A stretch of DNA of 51,483 nucleotides, the filler included, from Catajapyx aquilonaris (Eukaryota): NCBI GenBank assembly GCA_000934665.2. It is 2 parts of 2 records of this genome, joined end to end, with 100 filler letters (N's around TTAATTAATTAA, not from the genome) between each part and the next. Parts side by side here need not be neighbours in the genome. Positions count along the whole stretch, not along the records: positions 1 to 25,678 come from KZ539330.1; 1 more part is not named here. The stretch is one strand, 5' to 3'. The notes under the pieces are model-generated. The model was given only the letters and a program-made list of their open reading frames with translations, was not told the origin of the DNA and did no database searches. Below, piece after piece: positions 12,089 through 25,147 of the stretch; position 1 is the stretch's first letter, and the number at the start of each line of letters is the position of its first letter. The translations under genes were made by a program, and so were the position numbers.

Positions 12089-12314
12089 TTTAAACCAGAG
12101 ACAAAGGAATTCAAAATGAATCAATAGGACTGCTCACCCACACTAAGCATGATTTGATCTGGCATCATTCATATCTTTACTGTGACCTGCCCAGTTAGTA
12201 GGGAAGCTAGGGATGACTAGGATGTCCAAGAGAAGATAGTGTCACCCACTTCAGTGTATAGGATGCCAGTTTTTGTATGCTTAGTGCTTATACACCAGTT
12301 AATACGTAAAATAT

Positions 12315-12456
12315 GTGTTCTCAAACTCGCAAGAAACAGCCTTAGTGAAAGCATGGGTGAGTAGGCAATTGTCAAACCCAATTGGTTCATGGATTTTACC
12401 AATGGGGTTCATTCACTCTTTCTCTAAGGCTGTTTCTTAATGAGCTTGGGAACACA
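12315..12456. repeat. Inverted-repeat element (MITE-like)
   Basis: GTGTTCTCAAACTC..AAGAAACAGCCTTAG versus CTAAGGCTGTTTCTT..TGAGCTTGGGAACAC. Confidence 0.5.
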
Positions 12457-12463
12457 CCTTAAC

Positions 12464-12543
12464 CAAGGGGGTAACAACTCCCCCGGTTCCAGGCCTGTTC
12501 CAAGCTGGTTCCAACGGTGTTCCACGAAGTTGTTACCCCCTTG
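12464..12543. mobile_element. 80-bp micro-MITE with 8-bp TSD (hAT/P-type)
   Basis: Perfect 16-bp TIR CAAGGGGGTAACAACT; TSD ACCTTAAC at 12456-12463 and 12544-12551; four internal GTTCCA motifs. Confidence 0.85.
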
Positions 12544-14459
12544 ACCTTAACTCATTTCCATACATGATGAAAAATTATACACTTGGCGCTAATGCCAACA
12601 AGTTGTGGCAATAGCACACCTGCCTTTTAATACAAAAGAAGAGAACACTTTTACATAATGTAGGATGACATCTTGCAAAAGACAGAATCTTTACAGAAGC
12701 AATAGCTATCTTTTCTCCTATTTTAATGTTGAATCTTAAAATATATACGAATGGCATATTTTAACTGTATAGTGAGGAATTAATGTGATGGAAAATTTAT
12801 CACAAAAAATTACAACAGGCAATTCAAATTACTTTATCATGCAATGGAAATGTTGATTTTCTCAGGGTCTTTTCATGTGGATTTAAGTTATAAAGTAATA
12901 AAAATGCTGAATGTTTATACATAATGTAGAACAGACAGATCTTTTATTTTCATATAGGCTACAGTTCAGTAAAACTTCAATATGACCCTCTTCAAGGAAC
13001 CAATCCAAAGTAGCGTTATTGACCAGAATTCGTCATATACTGTATGCAGGAAATGCCATTTAATTCACCGTTACTCGGGAAATGAATACCTTCACTGTTC
13101 TATGTGGATGGATTCCTATAAACCACATTGTCCTGACCTAACCTGTCCATGTATATACCACATAGACCCTGAAAATATCCCCTGGATTACCCAAGTCCCA
13201 AAACAATGGCGATTGACCCGGGTCATAGTTCACATAAGCTGCCTCTCCACAATGCTCGCATGTGCAACTCTTGCCAACAAGGCCCACCGCCTTACACTAT
13301 CCCACAATGGCCCTCATACCTCCAAAGGCACAAAAGTGTATGGAAAAAATGCCTCATTATTCATGGCTTGTTGTCAGTTGCTCATGGCTCCTATTCTGTC
13401 AGCCTGCTTTTGAGTCCCCCCTCTCCTCCCCTGTGGGTCTCAGGCCACACCATGCCAGGATGCAGCAAGCCTATCACCTTAGCAGTGCCTCCCTGCCATT
13501 GCCATATTTCTTGCCAGTCCACCAGTCCACCCTGGACAGCTTCCCTCTTCCCAAACCAAACCTCACTTGTCATGTGACCTTCAAGCGCCTTACACATGAT
13601 GTGCCTTTTGATGTTATATGTGTTTTATGGGTACCAGCGAAACCAAGCAGTATATATGCAGGAAAATGTACCATTGGCCCTTATGGAGCTGATCAAGGGA
13701 CTGGAAAAATGGGTGTTAAAAGCGGGATAGCATTATATGCGAGAGCATTATATCGAGGTTTTGCTAAGTTATATTAATATTTAAGGTCTATAATGGTGAA
13801 AACACTGTTAATATAGACTCCTACCATGGGGGTTCTTGTAGGTGTGGCCATGTTAATACCAGTCCCACAACTCCATTGCAGTATGTACAACATTAGCTTT
13901 CGTTACAACCAGCGCCAGATTAGTCCCCCCGGCCGTCTTAGGGAGTTGAGATCTGCTGCCCCCCTCCCCCCATAAATCACTTAAAAATGCCATTTTCTCC
14001 TGTGTTCTCACTTTTGTTTTATTGTATTGTATTTTATAAATCTAAGTTGAGTGTTTTTTTGAGTGTCCATTTTCAACGAAGTGCCTGGATCTACTGGCAT
14101 GGGTGGGAACGTAATGCCCGGGTCCATGGGCAGGGTGACTTGGAAGGGAGATGCAAGGTGCAATTGTAATGTCATTGTTGAGGTCATTTTGTGAGTTCCC
14201 CTGGATGGTTAGCCTAAGGCCCGCCGCAAATGAGGAAATGTGGGAGGGAGGCAACTTGCATGCACATAATTATCCAAGTATTCATGTTGCCTGCTAGAGG
14301 GTACAAGTGTCGTGGCCCAACTCAGCCCATGCCAGCACGCCCAGATTGGCTCCAAATTTCTTGGCAGCAATAAATCTGCATGCGCTCACTGCCACAGGAG
14401 AGCGCATGTGCTGTGCCGTCCTGGGTGGATGGGCAGGCAATAAGTTGCTCCCAAATTTC

Positions 14460-14631
14460 CTCATTTGCGCCGGCCCTAATGGAAATCCCACATGAGACAA
14501 AGCCGCAGATGATCCAGAACTTCGCATGAGATGAAGGGGGGAATGCCTGGACTCTCGGGATCGAACCTGGGACTCCTTCCATCTGTGGGAACATACTACG
14601 TTACCCGGGACGTTACCACAGCACCACTCCA
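14460..14631 (-). mobile_element. tRNA-derived SINE, family A copy 2
   Basis: Minus strand reads GGAGTGGTGCTGTGGTAACG...CCCAGGTTCGATCCC...TTCCCCCTTC, matching 8627-8775. May extend to about 14300. Confidence 0.6.
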
Positions 14632-15367
14632 GATGCACGTCATGTAAAATAATGCAAAATAATAGGTATGACTTTCAAATTTATTAGTTATCATGGAACA
14701 TTTTATGTACATTTTTGTTGTAGCAAGTTGAGTCCAATGAAAGTACACCAGCCATAAGTACAGTCTTGTGCAAGGACATAATAGCATCCCCCCTCCCTTG
14801 GGGGTGGGAAGTACACATTTTTGGTCATGATTGAAATGGGGTTGCTAATATCCCAGGCTATTTGCCTAGGTCCCTTATGCACTGAAAAATAGTTTGGTTG
14901 AGATCAGAGGAAAAATTGGCACCAGAACAGGCAAAGGTAGTTTAATCCCCGTATCCAGAGTAAAAGTGGGCTGGCTATGGAAACAATGTAGCAGTGTATA
15001 GAGCAACAAGCACTGCTCTGGTTCTTGGAATTGAGGCGCTCAGAGGAAGAACGGCATATCCCAACTGGAGTTTGTTTTGAGAAAAGTGGCTTTTTGTGTT
15101 TTGCTTTATCATGCAGCTAAAGCTACGGACAAATTTTACAAGTGGAATATGTGAGCTTTGACATGTCCCAATTCATTTGGTGCTTCAGCACATGAAAGGT
15201 AGATGGAAGGAGAGTACAACAGCACTACAAACTCAAAATTGGAGGTCGGTTGAGATATGTCGTTCTTCCTCGGGGTACCTCAATTGGATAGCACAGAGAT
15301 GCATGCCTTGCTGGGGCAGTTGGGGCAGAAGAGAGCTGGTGCAGTCCCCTTTTGGAATAACTTACAG

Positions 15368-16065
15368 CGGAGGTCTCAAACATGCGGCCAGCGGACAACT
15401 CAATTGTGGCCCCACGGTCCTATCTCATGTTTTTGGCCATTATCAACATGTTTAACAATTTGACGATGGACAATGAATACCTTTACGTCATGTCTATATT
15501 TATGGCTCTGCCATGGGTTCAGTGGGGAAGTCTGGGAAAATATTTCTTCTGAAAATGTCAATTGTCAGTTACATTCAGCTAGGATTGTGTGACCTTGAAC
15601 ACAAACAAATTTTCACCTGCGGCGGGCTCTTGTTCTCTTCCCAGTTATTGTTTACTTATTAGTACTAGTTTCCGGCTTGCATATGGCACTTCTACCGAAG
15701 CAGGTTGGCATAGTGGATAAGGCGTCCGACTGCTAATCGGGAGGTCCTGGGTTCGAATCCCGGGGCCGGAAACTCTGACTGTGGTTTTCTGTGGTTTCCC
15801 ACGGTCCTTCCAGGGAAATTCCGGAGTTGCTTCAGTAATTAATAGGCCACAGCCGCTTCCTTCCGTCCCTATCCTATCCCAAAGAGCGCAGTAAAATGAA
15901 AGCAAAGAGTTCCAGCCGAAACAAACTTCCCCCCTAAAGAGCCGATGGCTCATAACGGGGTATGAATTATTATTATTATTATATGGCACTTCTGGTTAGT
16001 GCGGCCCGCACTAAAGTTCCCCCAAGCTTATGTGGCCCTCTATCTAAATGAGTTTGAGACCCCTG
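15368..16065. mobile_element. hAT-type non-autonomous element hosting a SINE
   Basis: TIRs CGGAGGTCTCAAAC / GTTTGAGACCCCTG; 8-bp TSD ACTTACAG at 15360-15367 and 16066-16073; internal TGCGGCC motifs. Confidence 0.8.
15694..15980 (+). mobile_element. Full-length tRNA-derived SINE (Lm1-like core, (ATT)n tail)
   Basis: A-box TGGCATAGTGG; anticodon-like stem CCGA-CTGCTAA-TCGG; B-box GGTTCGAATCCC; core GGTTTTCTGTGGTTTCCC...GGCCACAGCCGCTTCCTTCC; ATT tail; 13-bp TSD ATATGGCACTTCT at 15681-15693 and 15981-15993. Confidence 0.92.
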
Positions 16066-17208
16066 ACTTACAGTGCTGTTGCCCTTATGTCAACCATTTG
16101 GTCTAGATAGAACCATATGAAAAGTTTTGCATTTTTGTTTATGGACTTAATTATACCCACATATGTGTGGTTCTCTGGTCCACCTTGACTGTGTATGTGC
16201 TGACATGAAAAGTGGGTTTACTCACATAGTGCTACTGAAAGGAGTGCACAACATTACTTCAGGCCTGTCTGTTTCTGCTTCTGGAGGAGCTAGGCATGTG
16301 AAGCCAGCAATTATGACCAATCACTCTAGTTACCTCGACAAACACTGATTCAACCCTCTAATATCTCCTCCAAGGACAGGTCTGAATGAAACATATTATT
16401 TCCAGAGGCTCACTCCTTAGTAGTGGTATAGTAATAAATTTTTATACTGTATACTGGTATACTTGTACAAGTACATGGTGTTCCAAGTGCCTTGGTTGTT
16501 TTTTATTATTGCTAATATCCCCTGAAGTGGTTATTTTAGTGTAGCTTTTTTCTCCCCAATCCAGGTGCCCAATTATTCCCAGGTTGAACATAGCACATAA
16601 TAGGGCACCTCTCAATTGAGGAGCAAGAAGTTGTGAAAAAATAACAGCATCAAGCAAAATTTCCTATGAATAAAGCCATCCACATACTTGGAACACCATG
16701 TATATTTCATTTCCTCAATATTTATGAAGAGAAATGAAGATAATATGAAGAGAATGAGATAATATCCACCCATTGTGAAAATATGACATTGCAACTTTTG
16801 CTTCACATTACATTGGGCATTTCACAATATCTGGTCAAAGTAGGTTGAAAGGTCTGACCTCTCCATTGCAAGTGAATGTCAAGGTTATGCCACACACCAC
16901 ACATATACAGTATCAGTACCTTCCAGCCATATTAGTAAAGCACATTTTCAAAACTAGTCAAACACTAGTACTGACAATAAGAAAAAGGGCTCTTCTTGTC
17001 TTACTGCCATTCTCACACACATTGTAAGGCATTATACTGCAGAAGAGGCTGTTAAAGGTAATAGTTATGAGTTCTATGTGATGTGGCATCCTTTCCTGAC
17101 ATTCAGCAATAACTTGCATAATGAAGCACATTCAGAGGTAAAATATCTATGTTTTGTTTAGGCTTGCTGATAAGACACTGATTTGGAATGGCATGAAAAT
17201 GAGAACAC

Positions 17209-20200
17209 TTATGGAAATGATGGACATTTTTCCTGAGGGTTCATTACAGAGCTTGTTTTGCACTGAAATGCTGTTGAAAACTGTGCTGAGTTCTTCATTA
17301 GAGAATTCATCCTGAAAAGGGAAAAAAATGATATCAGATGGTTGAAAAACATTGTTCACACCCATGCATTATCCAGGGTGTTTCACTAGGTAGTCCTCCC
17401 AAAGAATGAACTAACTTATATTTTTCTTCCTACTCTACCTATAAACGTGATGTTTGATTTAAAAGTAACCTCAGTTCATGGGAATGTAGCACCATTCACA
17501 ATAAATGCTGGAATTGAACTTCAACTACCTCCATACACCCTCTAACACGACTCGACTCGACGCTCCTTATTATCAAAGATACTTCGCAGTATATCCTCAT
17601 AAATGGTCTGGATTGCTGCATTGATGTTGCTTTCCAAGTCTTGTAACGTCGAGGCTCACTGTTGTAAGCACAACTCTTCAAATATCCCCATTAGCGGCTC
17701 TTTTGATAGGTAGATACAGAATACTCGGTTTCTTGAGACAAAATCGAGGTGACTTTTTCGTTCATTCCAGCAGCCTGCGCTTCACTTTTTCGGTTTTTTT
17801 TCTTCCTCTAAAGGTCATCTACCACTGTATTGGTCCAAAACACTTCGTGTAACAATCCTGACTATTATGTCGATATGATGCTGAGGGCCTTCAATAATAA
17901 GGAGCGGCACGTGAAGTCGCGTTAGTGTGTGTATGGAGGTCGTTGAAGATCATATACAGCATTTATTGTGCATTGTGCTACATTCTCATGAACTAAGGTA
18001 ATTTTTAAACCATACATCATGTTTCTAGATAGAGTAGGAAGAAAAATATAGTCAATTCTTTGGGGGGACTACCTAGTGCAACACCAGCATGTATTTCATG
18101 CGCAAAAAAAAACAACTATTGCTCAATTGCTGGCAGTAGGCTAATGTTTAGCCCGTCTCTCTGCAACTAATAATATTTCCTCTTGAGGCACAAAATTGGT
18201 TTACAACCTCCAGAGGAATAACATTGATGCAGTAGTGATTTTCCCATCCATTTTGGGTACATTGCATTACTGTGAAAATGCCTTGAAACAGTAGACCTGT
18301 ACTTTGGGAGTCCAGATTATGAAGATTTGCAAGGGCATATGATGACGTGAATCATACAGTTTCAATGCTTTTCATCACAACATATGCATATTATTATACC
18401 ATCAAAGCAGCTGTACAGATATCTCATTTGTATTTCCAACATATTATTTTGTATTTTAAAAACTTCACAGATTCATTAGTTCAAATATGTCTGAGGTGAA
18501 GCATAATAAATTCTACTTACTTCAGTAACGGAGGCAACTGTTCACTTTCTTGCACATTAATCACGTAGTCAAGAACCACATCTTTGGTGCAGTAGAACTG
18601 GGGGAGAGAATGTAAGGAAGTGAGACAAAATTAATATGAAAGTTTTAACAGTATTGTATTGCAGGTTTGGGAGAGGAAGAGAAAATTAAAGATGGTGTAC
18701 AATTAATTAAGCAATGATTGGTGCAGTATATTTTTGAAAGTTTCTACCCTTCCTTACTTCACGGGGATTCAGTGGGGGAGTTTTCCTATGCAGTAATTTT
18801 TTATCACAGATTGCTGGTACGGTATTTAAATTACATGAAGTTAATTTGGCGTCATTTTACATATGTCATGCTGAATAAGTAAGTGTTGGTCTTGAAGTTG
18901 TTCAAATGAAGGATGCATGCATAAGGTGGATTTTACACATAGGAAGGCATATGTTTATGTCTTATGTAGTTGAGTCATAAATTTTTAGTTGGTTCAGACT
19001 CATTAGTTGAACTGAGAAATGAAGAAAAGATTGGTGCAATTAAGCGAACATTATGAACAATAGTGGGATGAGTGCATTACTTTGAATTATTATGTAAGAA
19101 GTAAGTTGGATACAATGTGAAGATGGGGTAGGGTGTCACCTGGTGACAGAGGATCACAAGTGAGAGCATTCTGTGTTGGACTATCTGGTGGATTGGTTGC
19201 CCTATGAAGGGAGCGCTGCATACTGTTCCTTGACTGCTGAAGCCTACGTAGTTGTCAGTAATTCATTGAGAGCTTCAGTTTGCTGTCATTGTTGACTCAG
19301 TCCATGATCCTACATATCAGATTGTGTCCTTACTTCAAAATATTTAAAAGAAGGCAATTGTGTCTGAAGCGTACTGCAGAAACTGTTCATGTGTTACCAT
19401 CTGTATACAGTTCATCACAACATTCTTCTTGTGTGAATGGTCCAGTACATTTTAAAAATATGCTTGGATTTATCATATTAATCTTGTCCATTTATGAAGA
19501 CCTACCTAGAGGCCTACTGACATTTCAAAAGTGCAGAGTTGAGCAAATACAAACAGTGACTGTTTTAAAGCTGTACGATTTTGATACTGAAAGCTACTAA
19601 AATGTGACCTTGACTATGCCCTATCCACTGCTATTGGTACAGTACTCATGCATGTACGAACCGGCAAATGTTATGCTCAAGGTCATATGGAAATTGACAT
19701 TTCTGTGATGTGAGAGCAAGGATCTGCCCAAGTTCTTTTTGTATTTATTGCGCTCTAAAGTGTCTTACCTGAGCTGCTGCCAAGTAGTAGAGTTGTTCAT
19801 TGTTTAGGTCCATCAATGGCAAGATACTTTCATTTTGGCCTTGGTATGATTCCCATGCCAACTTCATAGCTGATGAGTCTGCAAATCTCTCATCCAAAGA
19901 AAGCTTGGATTCCAACTGTGGAAATAGTACAATACAAGTTATTATTTACTGTGAGATATTTGCATGCTTTTTGGTGTCTTGCCATAAAAGATGCTGATTT
20001 CCCATCAAGATGCACAGACATAGTGTAGGCAAACATGTCATCATAACACTTAAATGTGCTTTCATGATCCCCATCTGGGTCTTCAGGCTGGAGTTGACCT
20101 TTTTGGTTATAACGTATCCCTGAAACACGATTAATATGTTTTAGTACTGATTTATTGAGTTGAATTTGCATAGCATTAAGTGTACCTTACCAACACTGTC

Positions 20201-23200
20201 AAATAAATGGAATATCTCATGGGCAATAATGAAGTCCAGCCCAGCCTTTTGGATATGTTCAGGATATCTTGAGTTGTAAAAATTGTCCAAGGCAGCAAAA
20301 GGAATTGCTACAAATTCGTATCATTAGATTATATTTTGTGGTGGGGTGCACACAAATTCTGCATAACTGAAAAACCCATGCAACAAAATTTCTGGAGAGA
20401 ATCTCAGATCATGTGCGAAACAGACAACAAGTATATGGAACTTATAGTGATATAGATTGAAGACAGAAATACTGAGGTGTCACATGAGTTTACTTGCAAG
20501 CATCTGCAACCAATTCATTGTTCTGCCCCAAGGTTTAGTATCAAGATGCAGTAGGCCTAAAATCCTTACAATTCACAACCTGCATAATTGCATGCAGGGC
20601 TATGCTTGGAAGTGTATCTGATGGGAAGTGGTATAGGTAAGGTGCAAAAAAGAAAGTGTTATCTCTTATTGCTTTTTTTTCACACTATCAGGACTGGATG
20701 TGGTTTAGATTGTTTAACGGGGCTAGATACTGCTCTTAAGATGCTGCAATAGCAGTTTCAACACATAGCCACATCCTCATTCATTGCCTTACTGCAACCA
20801 TAACTACTCGTACCACTCGTACTAACATCTGTGTTAAATAAATGTGCCCAATTACTGCAGGGGACCCATTAGTGAATTAGAATAGCAAGAAGGGTTTCAC
20901 ACAGCATGAAGTGTGACAATAACTCACCAATTGCATTCAATCCTCTAATGGTGACACCCTTAGTGTCACTTGGGAGTGCAAAATGTGTCCAACTGCAACA
21001 AAATATAATTATAATTAACATGGAGGATATCTGTAAATAATGTGCTGCATATGGTATATCAATTACTATATTGACTTACATAGACACAGGATCATCTGGC
21101 CTAGCATCATACAAGCCATACATCAGACTTCTAGAATTTCTAATGAGTGCCAGAGTGTTTTCCAGATTGTCATTAGTCATAGTAAACTGTGGGTGAAACC
21201 AAAATGTGCACATCGGTACCTAAGTGTTTCACACTTTTAGTGGATCCTTACTTGATATCGTTCCTCTAAGAAATTGTCGCTGAGGTACAAATGGCGGCCA
21301 CCATCAGAAAAGACACGAGTTTCATTTATTCTGTGTATCATATTGTCACTATCTGAATTTGTCAGATTTGAACTATTCAAAAATTTTCCAATGAGGATTG
21401 TTTTTAAGACATCAAAGCTGTTGTTAATCTGTAATAAGCAATCAGAACTTAATTGTATAGTCCCCAATTATGCCCACATGGGAGTTATAATCCATCAAGA
21501 AGGAAGTAGGGTTTTGCTGTCCAATAACAGAAGATGATGCGGGAGAGAAAGGTTGAAAAAATTGTACATGACATTACTTACTTTTTTTTCAGGGTAGGAA
21601 CTAACATTGATGTGCTATCAGCACAGTATTATTATAGACATTTTCCCACCAGAAAAGCATGTGAAGGTGTCTGGAATAATCATGGGATGAATTTTTCAAC
21701 TTACATCTTGCTGATAACTGAGGGACTGAGAATCTGTAAAGCTGTGTAGATAAATGGAACTGAGCGAGTCACTCATGAACTGATTCATGATTTGTAGGCA
21801 TTTATCTTCAAGAAGACAGGTACTGGGTGATGCTACCAGATGATAATGCAATTCCACAGCAAATATAGCCAAAATAGCATTGTTCAATTGCCTGCATTAT
21901 AGGAGTTCATTAGAAAAGATATTAATATGAAACCATCAAAATAACGGTGCTGTAATTTCATACCTTTTGTCCACTCTTTTCTCCAGAGAGTCCAAGGTTG
22001 ATTTGAGTTTTTTCTCAAAGTACACTTGAACAGTTACATTGGGAGAAATTGGTTTGTCAAGTAGCTCAGACAGAAGCAGCTCCCAGTCAATCTGTTGAAG
22101 AGAATAAGGATATAGGAACTGTGTGTATAAAACCATGGGAAGAAAATACAGCAGGATAACACTTGCTTGATGAAAGATGTATCGTGCAGTATTTACATAA
22201 GATTTATAAGGATTTTAATTAACTTTTTTTGTTGCCTAGAGGAGCCTATAAGGGGTGAGGTAATAATTGTGTAGTTGCATGTAGATATGAATCTTTCGCA
22301 GCAATACTTCAGTATGCCTCTCTTATCTGTATGCTTTATTGACACAAATTGGAAGTCCACATCTCAAATATTGTTTTATCATACACATATCCAGATTACA
22401 TCATTTCAAAGGAAAGGATTCCAAATATTTTTCTCTACATTATTGTTTCAGGGAATTTTAAAGTACAGCACCTAGAATCCTGAAAAAATAAACAAGTAAT
22501 ATTCAGTCAGTCAGCATGTTTTGCATAAATTAGGGTATAATGTATCTACAGAGTCCATTTTTGGGGTATAGGTGAAGATCATTTCTGATCTTAACCTGGT
22601 AGGCAATGTTGCTATGGCTAGGCAATGTTGCAATGACCCCACAGGAAAACATCCATTGGGGTTAAGTCTGGTGACTAGGAGACCCTGAGAAGGTCGTGCA
22701 ATTGTACCATTTCTGCAATCCATCTCCCAAGCAACTTGTGATTCAGCTGATGCCTCACCATATATTAGAGTGGTGCAAATGTGAGATAGCCTGTTCCACT
22801 AGACTCCATAGAGGTGGAACAATTGCGTGGCCTCCTTCAGATTGCCAAACTGAACTACAATGGTTTTTTTTTGTTTTTTTTTTTTGCTGTGGGATCATGT
22901 GGACAGCATTGCCTGCAAGATCAAGGTCTGAAATGACCTTTAATGATTAGAAATCCCCATAAGTTATAGCTGCTCCAAACATGATACAAAACCTGTGGAC
23001 TGTGACTGAATATGGGCTGTTTATTGCTTTTCAGGAGGTAGGATGGTATTACTCAAGCTATTCGAACTTCGTAATCATCTTTTATATGGTGGTGGTGGTA
23101 GTAGTAGTAATGTCTACTGCAGTAAATCAACTCATGTCACGATGAATTAGTAGCACTTACCAAGGAATAGTTGCTCTGTAGATCTTGCACAGATTGAATA

Positions 23201-25018
23201 ACGTAGTCCTTTGTAAGAAATCTTTTCTTTAGTTCTGCACGAGTTGGCAACTGAAATGTATGGAAATGATGTGATAGTATGTACAAAACCAAGGTATTGT
23301 TTTTTTCAAAATAAGTAAGATGTAATTCTCAAGAGTGGGCCCTATGTATAACTAAACATGCTTCAAAATCTAAATATTCCACCACAACATTGCAGAAAAA
23401 CTAGAAACCACTCAAATGTGATGCAGTCTTTTAGATCACAGAAGAAAGTTTTCTTCTCTTTCTTTGTAACCCTATCTGAAATACATTTTTATCACATTTG
23501 TCCAAAGATGGCTGAGGCACCATAGATTTTTATTTATTTTTCACTTAAAATAAATTCGTTCCTGATCGAGCAAAGTGCACATTAAACGAACTGGGAACAG
23601 CTGTATTATGCTTTGCTTTACATTCGACCAACCCTGACTTTTGACCACATGCTCCACTGTGAAATATTATTCAGCAGGACATTTGTGTGTTTTATGCCCC
23701 GTGTATGCTGCCATACTGCATAACTGCGCATAAATTTGATTAAATTTTAAATTTATATTTTGGCATTGTTGGGAATGTTCATATACTTTGCATAATTTTG
23801 AATATGTAGATAATTTCTAGCTTTTGAGTGTTTTAAAAATAAGGACAAATTAACAGCTAAAAATATAATTGGGATCGAATAGTCTAAATATAAAAGTTTT
23901 GCACCCCTCATGGAATTCCAACATTATTTCAGGAGGCTGTGTGGGTTTAGCATTTTATTTTCAATCCAATGTAACATGTCTATAGTGTAAAAAAGTATTG
24001 ACACTAAACGTTCTGACTAAGACTTCCGTTAGTTGTGGCTGTGCTACTATTTCAAATGCCTGAATTTGAAAACAAATTTTTCACACCTGTCACAAACCTG
24101 GTTACATGATCTTTGGCCTGTAGGAACATCCTGGAGTAGGCCTATATAAATTCAAGTTTCTCATGCAAGTAATATCAACCAATGTTTTCCGTCTTTTTAA
24201 GGCGCACCTAAATAATAGATACAGTTAGGACCTGTTGTGTGGTCGATGGCAAATCTAGAACAAATGGATGATCAATACATTAGTCATGTAGGATTAATGA
24301 CTTGTTCTAGTTTGACTATCAGCCATACAACCAGACCTTAGTGACACACCGATCCTGAGAAGCAATGCTAAAGAAACTGCTGGCACACAAATACACGTCT
24401 AATATTATTTTTTGTTCACATAGTCTTACACTCAGAATAGGAACTTCATTTTCTATGGTACGAGTGATTAGTAGAATTAGCTGACTTCTGTTGAACTCAT
24501 GTAAGTGGCTAAAGATGCCTAGATCATGCAGCGTCTCATTCACCCGTGTCAATCGGTGATTTGTTCTGCTATTAGCCTGCCGGAGAAAACTAAATTACTG
24601 ACATGGGCAAGGTGAATTACTTGATGTTATATAAATGCAAAGTAAATTGAAAAAACCACCTGGCATTCGACATAGTCATCATACACCTTTGCCAAGTTTA
24701 TCGGACTAGAACGCATTTGGTGCTCATCGATGCATTCAGAATAAAAATTGTCGTTTAAAAACGACGGCATATAAGGTGGAGTTAGACGAAGTATAAACTT
24801 GCTAGGGTCATCATCGTCGATATCCAGACTCACGTCAAAAAAGTGAACACTGTGTATAGAAAGGCGGCAGTTATTGATAACTTGAGTTATTGAGTAATGG
24901 TTGCAATCCTACCTGTTAAACTTAAGCAACTTGGCAATGAGAAGAGTCAAGTCAGTTTTATTTGGCGATGGTTGTAATTTGTCCAGGAAAGTTCCAATAC
25001 TGGACAAAAACTCTTGGA
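17209..25018 (-). CDS. Neprilysin/ECE-like M13 metallopeptidase, 5'-partial; exons 25018-24913, 24849-24660, 24576-24430, 23250-23161, 22091-21964, 21891-21705, 21428-21252, 21186-21080, 20992-20928, 20307-20191, 20119-19983, 19915-19769, 18597-18521, 17311-17209
   Basis: Fourteen phase-consistent exons give one open frame with M13 motifs: FFDVSLDIDDDDPSKFIL, IDWELLL, IIAHEIFHLFDSVG (HExxH at 20207-20221), SLDERFADSSAMKLAWESY, EQLYYLAAAQFYC, KMNSLMKNSAQFSTAFQCKTSSVMNPQEKC, then stop. The N-terminal exons are not in this contig. Confidence 0.9.
17374..18087 (-). mobile_element. Degenerate Tc1/mariner element in the last intron of the M13 gene
   Basis: TIRs CAGGGTGTTTCACTAGGTAGTCC.CCCAAAGAAT...ATATTTTTCTTCCTACTCTA and their inverse at about 18030-18087; transposase C-terminal remnant WGYLKSCAYNSEP. 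Confidence 0.75.
22571..22945. repeat. Degenerate palindromic element (MITE-like) in an M13 intron
   Basis: Arms GATCATTTCTGATCTT...GGCAATG versus CATTGCC...AAGGTCTGAAATGACC; opposite-strand ORFs share LP.R.RSEM.F. Confidence 0.5.
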
Positions 25019-25147
25019 CTGAAATGATAAACAACCAGAAGTAAGTTTTTTTTTTTAATTTTATATTTTGGTGATACCCCTTGCCAGTTGCCACCCCTTA
25101 CGGGTATTCAGGGGGGACTAATTGCTTCAAGCGATATTGATGTAGTT

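Noticed and set aside
12086..12127. TGA read-through or selenocysteine restoring a SUMO tail
   Set aside because: Read-through gives FKPETKEFKMNQ* with no Gly-Gly, and I could not identify a SECIS by eye.
15694..15770. Apparent tRNA-Ser(GCT) gene
   Set aside because: No proper acceptor stem or long variable arm; it continues into a SINE body with an ATT tail and 13-bp TSD.
21252..25018. Short resemblance of LTLLIAKLLKF and FSDGG peptides to SPAG17/PF6
   Set aside because: The same exons splice in frame into a coherent M13 peptidase with HExxH and the neprilysin C-terminus; the resemblance is coincidental.
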